Assembly (NCBI GenBank): GCA_907165135.1
Contig: OU015566.1
Location: forward strand, 372,001-436,000
Length of the DNA stretch: 64,000 nt
Reading direction: 5' to 3'
From: Oikopleura dioica
Taxonomy: Eukaryota; Animalia; Chordata
The notes under the pieces: model-generated
Database searches by the model: none
What the model saw: only the letters and a program-made list of their open reading frames with translations
Told to the model about the DNA's origin: nothing
Program-made: the position numbers and the translations under genes
Part shown: one piece after another, positions 10,433 through 21,132 of the stretch
How the letters are laid out: every line of letters begins with the position of its first letter
Numbering within the stretch: position 1 is the first letter of the stretch

Positions 10433-13400
10433 CAGGGATGTAAATCACCACAGCCACCCCACCACTGTGGTGGGGTGATTTTTCACCATCCCCTTTTTTC
10501 CGTGGTGGTGGTGGGGTGATTTTTCACCATCACCTTTTTTCAGTGGTGGTGGTGGGGTGATTTTTCACCAACACCTTTTTTAGTGGTGGTGGTGGGGTGA
10601 TTTTTCACTAACACCTTTTTTAAGTGGTGGTGGTGGGGTGATTTTGCACCATTTTTTTTCGAGAAGTGGTGGTGGGATGATTTTTTACAATGGCCATTTA
10701 CATTTTATCTGATAGAAAAATATCATTTATTAAGATAAATAGATATAACTTGCGACATAAAAACTACTGTTTATTATAAAATTTTTTAATTTCTTCTCCA
10801 AGCTCCTTGAAATTGCCAGCGAATTCGTTTTGCAAATTTCTTTCGATCGTAGCCATCTTCTGGCGATTTCGACTCGGATCTCTTGTTTTGCTGGAGACGA
10901 TGCTGAACAATCGCTCGATTTCTGATGACGACGAATTTATTGAGAGAAGCTTAAATTTATATTAACGAAAATAATAAGAATCAATCGACTTACATAACCA
11001 GTAATTTTATACAATCTTGGATAATCCATTTTGTTGGTCTCCCAAAAAGATCGAATAAGTGACGTTACTGATTGACTCTCGCCTGGGGAGTATTTTCCAT
11101 TGATCTTCAAGAATAGCTTCCAGTCCGGTAGATCCATTATTGATTTCATCTAAGATGCTATAAGGCCAATAACCGTTATTTTTACTTGCCATTTATTCCC
11201 TTCGCGGGTGCTGAACGAGAAGCTGAGGCGACTAGCGAAGGATCAACATCAACTTCTTGGTCATCCGAATTTTGAGCAGGCATTTCACACAAGGTCGGCT
11301 CACCGCTTATTTTTCCCCAAAGATCTTTTATGTACTGCTTTGCGTCGTTTTGCCAGTTGGCAATTTCTTTTTTTAGAATTTCGGAATTTTTCCGAAAAAA
11401 TAATCCGATGATTTCTCCATATGCCCGATGAGTTTATATAAATTGCACTTGTGTGTCGGCCAATAGACAAAAACCGCGGCTATAAAATATAATGAAGTAA
11501 CTTTGAAACATGAAAATTTATACCTTTAGTAGCGCCCAAGACGCGAGAACTCTCTTTTCCCTCGACTTCTCCAATCGATTCACTAACATAAGCTTTTCCA
11601 GCCATGAAAAACATGAGTTTTATGAAACAGCTGCGAGCGAAAATTTCCTTGTATTCTCTTATTTCGAAATCTTCTTCAAACTCTCCATCCTCATTTTTCT
11701 TGGGAACTGCAAGTTTTTCAAGTTCGATACCAACTTGTTCAAAGGTCGGCAAATTCTCGGTGATCTTAATTTCATATGCAAAAATGATAATTAATTAATA
11801 ATAATTAATAATAATAATTAATGATAATTGTTCATACTTTTGCATCTGTTCTTTCCATCCTCTTGATATATTTCATAATGCAGCTCAAAATGGAGTGAAG
11901 AGCCGCGCATTTTTCGAACGCAGGAATTCCATGGGACAAATTCTTTAGAACAGGTGAAAATTGGGTCATTTTAAGACTAGAGAGGTCATTTTCAGACTAG
12001 GAAAGGTCACATACGACTATTTTCACCCATTTCCTGTATCAAATATCGCTCATTAGATGTTGCAGAGTCCATCGTAAGAAGTTGATTTGACCAGGAGAGA
12101 ATCAAGCGCAAATGCGTCGTTAAGGATGTAAATCGTATCAGATGCAACGGGCCGGGTAAGGGATATGATGTTTTGATCTTGTGTGCACTTTCCTCTGACA
12201 ATGTAGAGTCAGGCTGCTCCAGTTTGATCATTTTTAATGAATCCGCGGGGGTCGGGACCAAATCGTAAAAATAGTCTCCAAGGGATGGGGGGCTTCCTTT
12301 TGGTTTGTTGAGGGCGTCTATATGTATGGAATTAAGAGAAAATATGTTAAAAACATACCGAGAGTAGCTTTGGAAATGCCTTTTTTTGCTTCTTGGATGA
12401 AAGATTTGATCGAGTCGAAAAATAATGAATCTAGATGAAAAAACTTTTCAGCTTGTTCTATCGCTGCATTTGCAATAAGACTAAAACAAGAGTTCGTTAA
12501 CAATAAATTTTGTTCAAAATTTCATTTCTATGCGTAAAAAGCCCTTTTGCTATGCGAAAAAAGTCCTTTTTCTATGAGACAAAGACCCGCATATTGATTT
12601 GAACTCGACCTTAAAGAGTGACACATGCAGATATTACTTAGCATGCTTATGTTTCTAACCGACCAGTGACACTGCAAATCTGATGTAATCGCAATTTTTG
12701 CGGCGTCCAATGAGAATTTCTAATTGAAAAATATTATAAGACTTTCTTTCATTTTTACCTCGAGAGTTTGCTCGAAAATTGGAATTGATTCTTCGCTACT
12801 AGTTGAATCGACAGCTTCAAAAATTAGAGGATAAACCACCGTTACAGATCCAAGAGTCAGAGTAAGGGCAATGCAGTACGCTTGATCTTGAAAGTCACTT
12901 GTTTTGTTTATCATCGCTTTGTGATCAACTTGTAGCCCACAGTGACCCTTTTCAATAAAAAATGGCACATTTTCCGAAATATAGACCACCATTTCTTCTG
13001 CGGCGATATTGGCTTCTTTGGCGATAAAGTACCGAGATGATTTGAGTTTGATTGCCTCTTGTGGATCAAATCCAAGTGATTCAAGAAGAATTTCATCTCT
13101 TTTTGACACGATGTCACTTAATTTTTCATGAAGATAAAATCTTATCATCACAAGTCTTACCAATCAAAATAGCTCTGGCTGAGATTTTTAGCGCTAACAA
13201 GATAGGAATTGTATTTTTTTATTCTTGTAACAGCGGCCTCGGGAATCTGTTTCGTATTTTTCTTCGTCTTGGCGGCGGTGAAAGGATCCGAAAAGACCAA
13301 TTCATGGTTACGCGTGATATGAATTTTTACTAAAAAGTTTTTGTTCGAAAAATACGCAGTTTACATTTATCGCGGCTTACTAGGGTTCCTCCACCTTCGC

Positions 13401-13915
13401 ATATGAACTCTGAGCTCTTAGATTTACAGTCACCTTCGCAGCGGGCGTATCCACTGTAATCGCCATTTTCTTTGAAGCCGAAAAGGAAACCTTTAATATT
13501 CCAACCTTCGTATTCGTCGAGTACTTTCTGTACTCGGAGAAGAGTCTTTTGATCTTTCGCCTTGGCGAATTGAACTGACAAATTCTCTAATCTTTTGCGT
13601 TTTGCCATATTTAGCTCTAAAGAACTCGCCCGCGGCAAAAACAAAAAAGTGATATCTAGAATAATTTTGACTAAATTGATCTCGAAACTTTTTCACCTTT
13701 TCAATGGTGGTGGTGGGGTGATTTTTTCACCATCACTTTTTTCAGTGGTGGTGGTGGGGTGATTTTTCACCATCACTTTTTTCAGTGGTGGTGGTGGGGT
13801 GATTTTTCACCATCACCCTTTTTCGGTGGTGGTGGTGGGGTGATTTTTTCCACCACGGATCACCCCACCATTTTGCTGTGGTGGGGTGAAAATGGTGTGG
13901 TGATTTACATCCCTG
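10433..13915 (-). mobile_element. hAT DNA transposon family B, full-length copy (3483 bp)
   Basis: TIRs CAGGGATGTAAATCACCAC and subterminal GTGGTGGTGGGGTGATTTTTCACC repeats. TSD ATTAGAAA (13916-13923) has its partner TTTCTAAT displaced to 25177-25184. Confidence 0.92.
10764..13608 (-). pseudogene. hAT-B transposase, multi-exon, frameshifted
   Basis: Fragments LQVDH (D1), ITSD (D2), CMCH (CxxH) and SINSSSSEIERLFS (dimerisation motif). It has an 11-nt shortfall near 11135 relative to the copy at 56.8 kb, which shifts the frame. Confidence 0.75.
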
Positions 13916-14174
13916 ATTAGAAAGAGCTCAAAAGTTATTCTGATAGAGCTAATAATATTTTTGGTGGTGCAATCACGTGACGCAGAAGAGCTCGTTGAAA
14001 CGTCCAAAAAAGCTGTTTTTGACACCAATTTTGACTAAATGAACCCATGAAAGCTTGATTTGTCCATATTTTTACCCGTTATTTGGGGTTTTTGTCCCTT
14101 CTACCGCCTCACTTGATTGCGCCACCAAAAATATAATTTACTCTATAAGAATAACTTTTTGAGTTCTTTCTTCT

Positions 14175-14381
14175 GAAGTATGAGCCGATCGACCTTGATC
14201 AGGCGTTCAAGGTCGTCAAGCTTTTTTAGGTTTTCGGAGGCCTGTATCACGTGACCACGCGACCAGACCAAAAAATTTTTAATAGCAATTTTTTTAGTTG
14301 GATCAAACTACATTATATCCCGAAGTTTCAGCTCTCTACGTTGATGCTTTCTTGGGGTTGATTTTTTGCGCGTCGGCCCTG
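14175..14381. mobile_element. One arm of a long-TIR MITE (terminus CAGGGCCGACGCG), partner arm at 25185-25390
   Basis: The two approximately 205-bp arms are now direct repeats and become inverted once 10431-19231 is flipped back. The same terminus occurs at 741. Confidence 0.75.
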
Positions 14382-15575
14382 AGTCATGAGCACACAAATA
14401 GAACGGCGGTTGTTAAGCATTTCAATGCTATTTTATGTTGTCTTTTTCTCAAAAGAAACGATTATCATTATAAAATTATTATTGTTATAAATATATAATT
14501 GTCATTTATTAATTAAAAGACAAAACGGACAATTCCGGAAGTTTTTCTTCGGGAAAAAACGCCGAATCTTCGGAATTGTCCGAACTCGACTTGAAATTTT
14601 TTTTGCGTCAAAAGTGCCCTTTTGAAGGGTGTCAACCAGAAAATTGGCTTTTAAGTGCTGCGCAAGGCTTTTTTGACCCTTTCTGATTTATTTTTAATTT
14701 GGAAAAAGGTGGCCCTTAATTATTATTATTAGAGAATAGGCCTCTCAGTTGAATTTTAGTCTAAACTTTTCGGAATCGTGCGCTTTCAAAATTTTTCTCA
14801 TTTTCCTCAAATTCCTGAATTTTCCGTTTTGTCTGTACATTAAATGTCTTGGTTTTTGAAAAGAATTCTGCTATTTTGGATCTAAAAACACAAAAGTCTG
14901 TAAACCTCACCAAGAGCGCACCGTTGTTACTAGGACAGCCCTAAAACTGTTCATTTATTCATATGATATAAGGGACCTCATCTTTTACAAATTTTTGGTG
15001 ATCAGGCCCGCTCTGTATTTATTTTCGAGAATAAGTCGTTTTTGACGAAATAATTTTTGACGAAGAAATCTGCGCAATATAAGTTCAAGTGTTAAAAGAC
15101 ATATGATAATTTTAAGATCAAAAAACGTCTCTTCTGAAAAGTTTTGGCCTTTTATGGACCCCCTCCCCCCACGGTTTGGGTGTTTGATGAATTTCTTGAA
15201 GATAGGCAAAAATAGGGGTTTGCTCATCCAATTTATAAATTTTTAGATGAAGACACTCTTAACCCATCAAATAAAAGCTAAGGGTATGTTCTTTCAAAAT
15301 CAGGAAGATCAAGGATAATTTCAAACTTAAGGTCTTCTCATTGTTACGTCAGAAAAGGACTTATGATCACCTTGAATTCGTTAGAGTTGAGGTCCCTTAG
15401 AAGGATATATGCACAGTTTTAGGGCTGCCCTATAAAAAATACATGCTAATAAGGGTGTAGCTAAGATAAGTGATCTTAATTTTTGATCCGCGCAAATCCG
15501 ATTAACGGATAATTGCAAAATGAGGACGCTTTAACAGCCTGTATCTCTTGACGTGTAGATGGTAGACTTCGTTAA

Positions 15576-15874
15576 TAATCACAAGTTTGATTGTAGAACG
15601 TTTTCGATTTTATTTCAAATCATCATCAGTACAAATTAAGCTTAAGATAAGGAAGAACATTTGTAAAATACCTCTGTTTATTTAGGGCAGATCTTGGCGC
15701 TCGATAAAATCAACTTGTTTTCGTCTTCTCGCGTTTTTGATTTCAGTTAGCGTAAGTTTGCTTTCTCATTAAACAGAGGTATTTTACAAATGTTCTTCCT
15801 TATCTTAAGCTTAATTTGTACTGATGATGATTTGAAATAAAATCGAAAACGTTCTACAATCAAACTTGTGATTA
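15576..15874. mobile_element. Penelope-like pseudo-LTR foldback (105-bp inverted arms, 90-bp spacer)
   Basis: Arms 15576-15680 and 15770-15874, each with a hammerhead motif. The spacer shares TTGGCGCTCGA with the 27-kb Penelope-like element. AGCCTGTATCTC is duplicated at 15536 and 15874. Confidence 0.7.
15816..15859 (+). ncRNA. Minimal type I hammerhead ribozyme (mirror copy 15591-15634, minus strand)
   Basis: TTGTA-CTGATGA-T-GATTT(GAAATA)AAATC-GAAA-ACGTT-C-TACAA: stem I, conserved core, stem II, palindromic stem III and a UC cleavage site. Confidence 0.75.
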
Positions 15875-16117
15875 GCCTGTATCTCCTTAAATTACTTTAT
15901 AGGGATTTACTGTCTTTATTTTCCCGATGAATCAAGTTGGCACTTGAAGGAAGTCGCCCGAGCTGGGCGCGGCGCTTTTCAAGAGCACTTGAGCTCACTA
16001 TATAACCGGCTGTCACTAGTCAACGAGCAGCTATTTTTCCAAATTAGCCACTGACCAAATAAATTACAATACTATGAAAGTTTGATAGTTTATTATATAG
16101 AGAGTAAACCTCTACAA

Positions 16118-16131
16118 TGGTGTCAGAAGTG
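16118..16131 (+). other. Primer-binding site, tRNA-Leu type
   Basis: TGGTGTCAGAAGTG lies 1 nt after the LTR and is complementary to the ...CACTTCTGACACCA 3' end of eukaryotic tRNA-Leu(CAG/CAA). Confidence 0.85.
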
Positions 16132-16138
16132 TTAAAGA

Positions 16139-16850
16139 ACAGCGACTCTAAAAACTGCTGCGCATAAACGACGCAGACAGGTAAGCACAATAGGTGCCCG
16201 ATTAAAAATCGAAAGAAACGACCAGCACAAGCAAGACTGGCACGGAAACCAACTAGTCCGCATTGTCGTGATCACCATACGACCAGCCAAATGCTGAGCA
16301 AGCGCATTAATATGCCGATATCGGTGCGAGAGTTAAGTCTTTGCAACTGACACTCAAACCGTAGAAACAACAACAGCGACTCTATACACTGCTGCGCACA
16401 AACCGACGCAGACAGGTGAGCACAATAGGTGCCCGATTAAAAACAAAATCGAAAGAAATGACCAGCATAAACAAGATTGGCACGGAAACCAACTAGTCCG
16501 CATTGTCGCGATCACCCAACGAACAGCCAAATGCTGAGCAAGCGCATTATTATGCCGATATCGGTGCGAGAGTTAAGTCTTTGAAACTGACACTCAAACC
16601 GTTGAAACAACAATAGCGACTCTATAAACTGCTGCGCACAAACGACGCAGACAGGTGAGCACATAGGTGCCCGATTAAAAACAAAATCGAAAGAAAAGAC
16701 CAGCATAAGCAAGACTGGCACGGAAACCAACTAGTCCGCATTGTCGTGATCACCTAACGACCAGCCAAATGCTGAGCAAGCGCACTATTATGCCGATATT
16801 AGTGCGAGAGTTAAGTCTTTGAAACTGACACTCAAACCATACAAACAACA
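16139..16850 (+). repeat. Three tandem units of about 235-240 bp in the LTR element leader
   Basis: Units start at about 16139, 16373 and 16613 (ACAGCGACTCTA...GCTGCGCA). Confidence 0.85.
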
Positions 16851-17008
16851 ATTAACCACAGCGATGCGTTAAAAAGAAAATCTCCGCCCAAAATGAAGCG
16901 AAATGCGAACATGTGTTAGTCCGTGAAAAGAACTGGAAAATATTGAACGACTGAAATAAGAATATCAAAGTTGAACAAATAACAAATATCAAGGATTTTA
17001 AACTAAAA

Positions 17009-17347
17009 ATGGAAACAGAAGACGTCAAATCTGAAAAAAGAAAAGAGAGAAGCGATTCGCTCCGAGTTAAGCTACCCAACGAAAAAGTCGTCAATATACA
17101 CACGGGTCCAGAGGAAACAGCAGTTACACTACGGGCAAAAATAATTGGCAAACTCGCTCTCGAAAACCTGAAAAAAGAGGAAGTTGCCTTACCCTCAGGG
17201 GTCCGTCTCTATTGCGCAGGAAAAGAAGTCCGCACTGACGCAGAAGTCTCGTCTTTGCCAAAGATACCCACAAACTATAATCGCGCTACCAACGGAAACA
17301 GTAGTACCAATGCAAAACACCTATTATCATCGGGCTGCCGGCATTAA
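17009..17347 (+). pseudogene. Ubiquitin-like domain in the first (gag-position) ORF of the LTR element
   Basis: LRVKLPNEKVVNIHTGPEETAVTLRAKI...VRLYCAGKEV aligns by eye with ubiquitin [28 protein letters not shown]...QRLIFAGKQL. The ORF is flanked by a stop and a frameshift. Confidence 0.55.
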
Positions 17348-17621
17348 CGAACAGAACGATCAAAATCTCGCAGAGCAAGATACAAATCGACGGAGAAAGC
17401 ATTAGGCTCCTCCGTAAGAAATTAACCAGACTATTCGAAGTAAAGAAAGCTGAACGAGTAATGGACGGGACAATATTAGAAGTCCAGGCACCAGTCGACA
17501 AGACGGAGGACCGAGCGTTACGGGAGCAGCTTACCTTTACTGTCCCCACAGCTTCCGGTCCCCTGGACGTCTCTGTATGGCTAAACAACCGCAGTGAATT
17601 GAAAGCTGCAACCGATTTACC

Positions 17622-18083
17622 ATGCCTCTCCCACTTGCCTTGGAAAAAGTTCCTAGGACTATCCCGGCCAGGTTGTCCACTGGAATTTTCGAAGTCAGAA
17701 GCGTACTCAAGGATACGAAAGATGTACCTGAAAACAACGCTGTTTTCATAGCCAAGGCAGGTCGGGCGATGATCCGCGCGCTGTCACTTCAGACAGCCCA
17801 GACAGCGGAGGAGACGCGGGACGTACGACCCGAAGACAAAACTGTTCTCCGTCCTCGGACAACTGTGCTGATGAAACGCCAAAGGGACCCCGGGGAGTCA
17901 AAGCTCTTTCGAAACTGGAAAGGGCGGCTCACAGTCTCGAAGCGTTTAGACGTTTACACTTACCTTCTTGCGTCTGATCTCTACCCAAGACGACAATTTA
18001 TTGCGCACAGGAGCAACATTCGGCCTGTCGCAACTCCTCAAATCGTCGAAGAAAAGGAAGGATGCGCATCCGAGGTACGTTAA
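17622..18083 (+). pseudogene. Pol remnant: integrase C-terminal (GPY/F, SH3-like) region
   Basis: KLFRNWKGRLTVSKRLDVYTYLL...FIAHRSNIRP matches the KL..W.GP..V......Y.L....H...++P pattern of Ty3/gypsy integrases. Confidence 0.65.
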
Positions 18084-19554
18084 ATTCACTTAAACGGAAT
18101 GAAACGTAAAATTACCGGCACGACAGGCAGAGGAACCACGCCAGAACCGGCGGTCAGGCCTTCGTGAGAGAAAACGCATCAACTATAGGTAAGATCCAAT
18201 GCATCTCTTTGGGGAAAGAGCGCACCGACGGTATTCGCATTGGAAAACGTATTGACATCTATTTAGGGAATAAACGCCCTGAAAGAGAACAACTGAAAAA
18301 AATACACACTGAAACTATTGAAATATCGCCCCTTAAGTAGATAAGCAAAACCGTTCCGTTCCTCGAAAACAAAATTATTTCAAGATGAGATTCGGACCTA
18401 AAGATATTTTGGAACGGCTGGTGTTGAACCACCAGCAATCCCTGATGGGCCAATTCGCCATGATGAAATGGCTCTTTGTAATATTCCTTCTCGGAATCCT
18501 TATCCTCGGCTTGAGCCTCGGACTGTTACGCAGCAATCGCTCAGAAATTTGCGCGTATGATTTGCTACTGCTGCCGTCAAAAGCAAGAAGTGCAGCTTAA
18601 AGTTCTTCCGGCTCAGCAAAAGGAGACCCGGCGATGAAAATACGGGCAAAATCTTGGCAGAGCCTCATTCTCTTAAAAAAAAAACTCACGACCACTTCAG
18701 GGTACTAAAATAAGTACAAGATATCTGATTTGCGAAAATCAATTCAATTTTAAAAAGCCCCTTGATAAATTTTTGAAATAATATCTCCGAAACGAGAGCA
18801 GCTCCCTTTCTGAATTTCAATTTCCGACTTGTCAAGTTATTCCAAAACTCAACAACAAGTTGCTCGAGGCCGCCCCTGCCGGCTCAAAATTTTAGCTCGT
18901 CTAAAAACTTTTCGAATCGCCTTTTCGAATTGCTTGCCAAAACCGCGAGTAAATCAAGTTTCCTTCACATCCCATGACACCACCCTTATATACAGTGAAA
19001 ACCCGAAATCTGCGCCTCCAGGGGCCAGCCAAGTTCAAATATTGCCTACCAACAGGCTCCCGCCGAGAAACAATAGGCTCACCTGGCAAGCGATAAAGAT
19101 CGATAATGACCCTAGAATAACCTGCAAGTCACCGAGCAAATACAACGGTTTGCTTCACTCCTTAGGGTCCTGGCACAATTGAACCCGAAATTAAGAAAAA
19201 AAATACAGTCGACACGGAAAAGACTGGAGCACAGGGTGTCAAATCGCGGGGGATCGAGAAGGGATCGCGCTTACTCGCCTACGCTCGATCCCAAGAGTGA
19301 AGGGATCGCTCGCGCGCCATTTTGAACGCGAAGGGATCGCGGGAGCCAGAGCGCCAAATCGAGCGCTTCTGGCGCCAGCGGAGCCTGCGCTCTAAGACAG
19401 TGATTTTCAAACTTAATAATTGATTCGAAATGTATTGGGGAATCTTGAACAGATATAATAAGGGATTCTCACGGAAAAACATAGTGTACTCAATTTTCAC
19501 AAAACTTTTACTCTAGAATTGGACAATTTCGAATGAAACAGAAAGTTGAAAAAC

Positions 19555-20252
19555 TTAATACAATTTTTTCATGCAAAAAATGCACTTGTAGCCTGGGTGC
19601 CATGCTTGTTGGTAACAATTCGTGCAAATTTCCGGACATTTTTCACAGGATGATGCTGCATATGAAGATGAACAATTGTCTGTCATGAGTGGACATTCGT
19701 ATTGACTGTCTTTAGTTAATGTCACTGGAGCAGGAAGAATAATCGGTGGTGACTAAAAATAGTTAAATATATTTTTTGACTTATTGAACAAACCGAATAA
19801 AGATTTTCACAAAAAAGGTTATATAAGGATAACCGACCCCTTTCTTTCTTCGCCGCTGCTCTCTCACGCGCCGTTTCTACGAATTTCTTGAACTTTTTCT
19901 TATCTTCTTTCGCCTTTATTGAGCGAATGGTAACTTGGTGACTCTTGACTCTTCCCAGATCGTCTCGATATGTTTCCCGCACAGTAGAATCGAGGAAACA
20001 ATCTTGATTTACTTCAAGATTTCTATTTTATTTAAAAAAAATCAAATTAAGAATCACTCTTATCTTTTTTTTAAATTTCCTGAAAGAAATTGCGACTTTT
20101 TTTTTAATAATACATTTTGTAATGTAATTTCGTCGTTGACTTGGCTCTATTTCTTTGTGATAACGTTTAAAATGAAAGTCGAGAGTTGACATTTTTAAAC
20201 TGCGCAAGCAGAGTGTGCAGCAAATAGGGAACTCTTCTTTCTTCCTGGGCAT
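19555..20252 (-). CDS. Cargo Zn-finger/RING-like gene, copy 2
   Basis: Mirror of 9410-10107. Confidence 0.55.
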
Positions 20253-21132
20253 ACTTATAACTGACGATTATTATTAATTTACACAAAAATCAACATTTGT
20301 TCTAGAGATTTTTTGTGCAATTCTATGGAAGGCGAATGTTTAACTTTTAAAAGTCAACATTTAAGAACTTTTTCCCAAAGAGGAAATTTCGAGCATTTTG
20401 ATTGGCCCAAATTTTTTTTTTTTGGGCATTCTGATTGGCTGGAATCATTTTTTAAGCTTTTTGATTGGCGGAAAGCCTATTTGCAGCATTAAGATTGGCC
20501 GAAACCATTTTTTGAGCATTTAGATTTTTGATTGGCTGATAGACATTTTCGAGCGTTTTGATTGGCTCATATACATTTTCGAGCGTTTTGATTTGCTAAG
20601 GGGCATTTTCGAGCGTTTTGATTGGCTGATAGACGTTTTCGCTCGTTTTGATTGGCTGATAGACGTTTTCGCTCGTTTTGATTGGCTGAGAGCCATTTTA
20701 GATCGTTTTGATTGGCTAAGGGCCATTTAAGAGCGTTTTGATCGGCTAAAAGCCTGATTTATCCGATTTTGGTCGATTTTTACGCGACTAAGGTAAATTT
20801 GTCCATGAAAATGGTTAATATTGGCATGACCTCGGTCAATTAATGCTTAGAATGGGTTAATTTATGCATGATAAAGGTCAATTTTTTCATGAGTTCGGTT
20901 TATATTTGCATGACCTCGGTGAATTTATACTAAGAAAGGGTTAATTTTAGCATGATAAAGGTTAATTTTTTCATAAATTCGGTTAATATTTACATGACCT
21001 CGGTCAATTTATTCTAAGAAAGGGTTAATTTTTGCATGATCAAGGTTAATTTTTTCATGAATTCGGTTAATTTTTGCATGCAAAGGGGTCATAAATGCAG
21101 GATTTCGACGCATAATTTTTAGCGAAAAACAT

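Larger units (their letters stand above)
15898..19231 (+). mobile_element. 5' part of a degenerate Ty3/gypsy-type LTR retroelement (5' LTR 15898-16116)
   Basis: LTR TATAG...CTACA with TATATAA box, 4-bp TSD ACTT, PBS, an integrase C-terminal remnant and a signal-peptide-like ORF (MKWLFVIFLLGILILGLSLG). No RT/RNase H was recognised. Confidence 0.88.

Noticed and set aside
10440-10680. CRISPR-like repeat-spacer appearance (also the 30-bp and 57-bp arrays)
   Set aside because: No unique spacers of 25-45 bp, no cas genes, eukaryotic context. These are transposon subterminal or tandem repeats.
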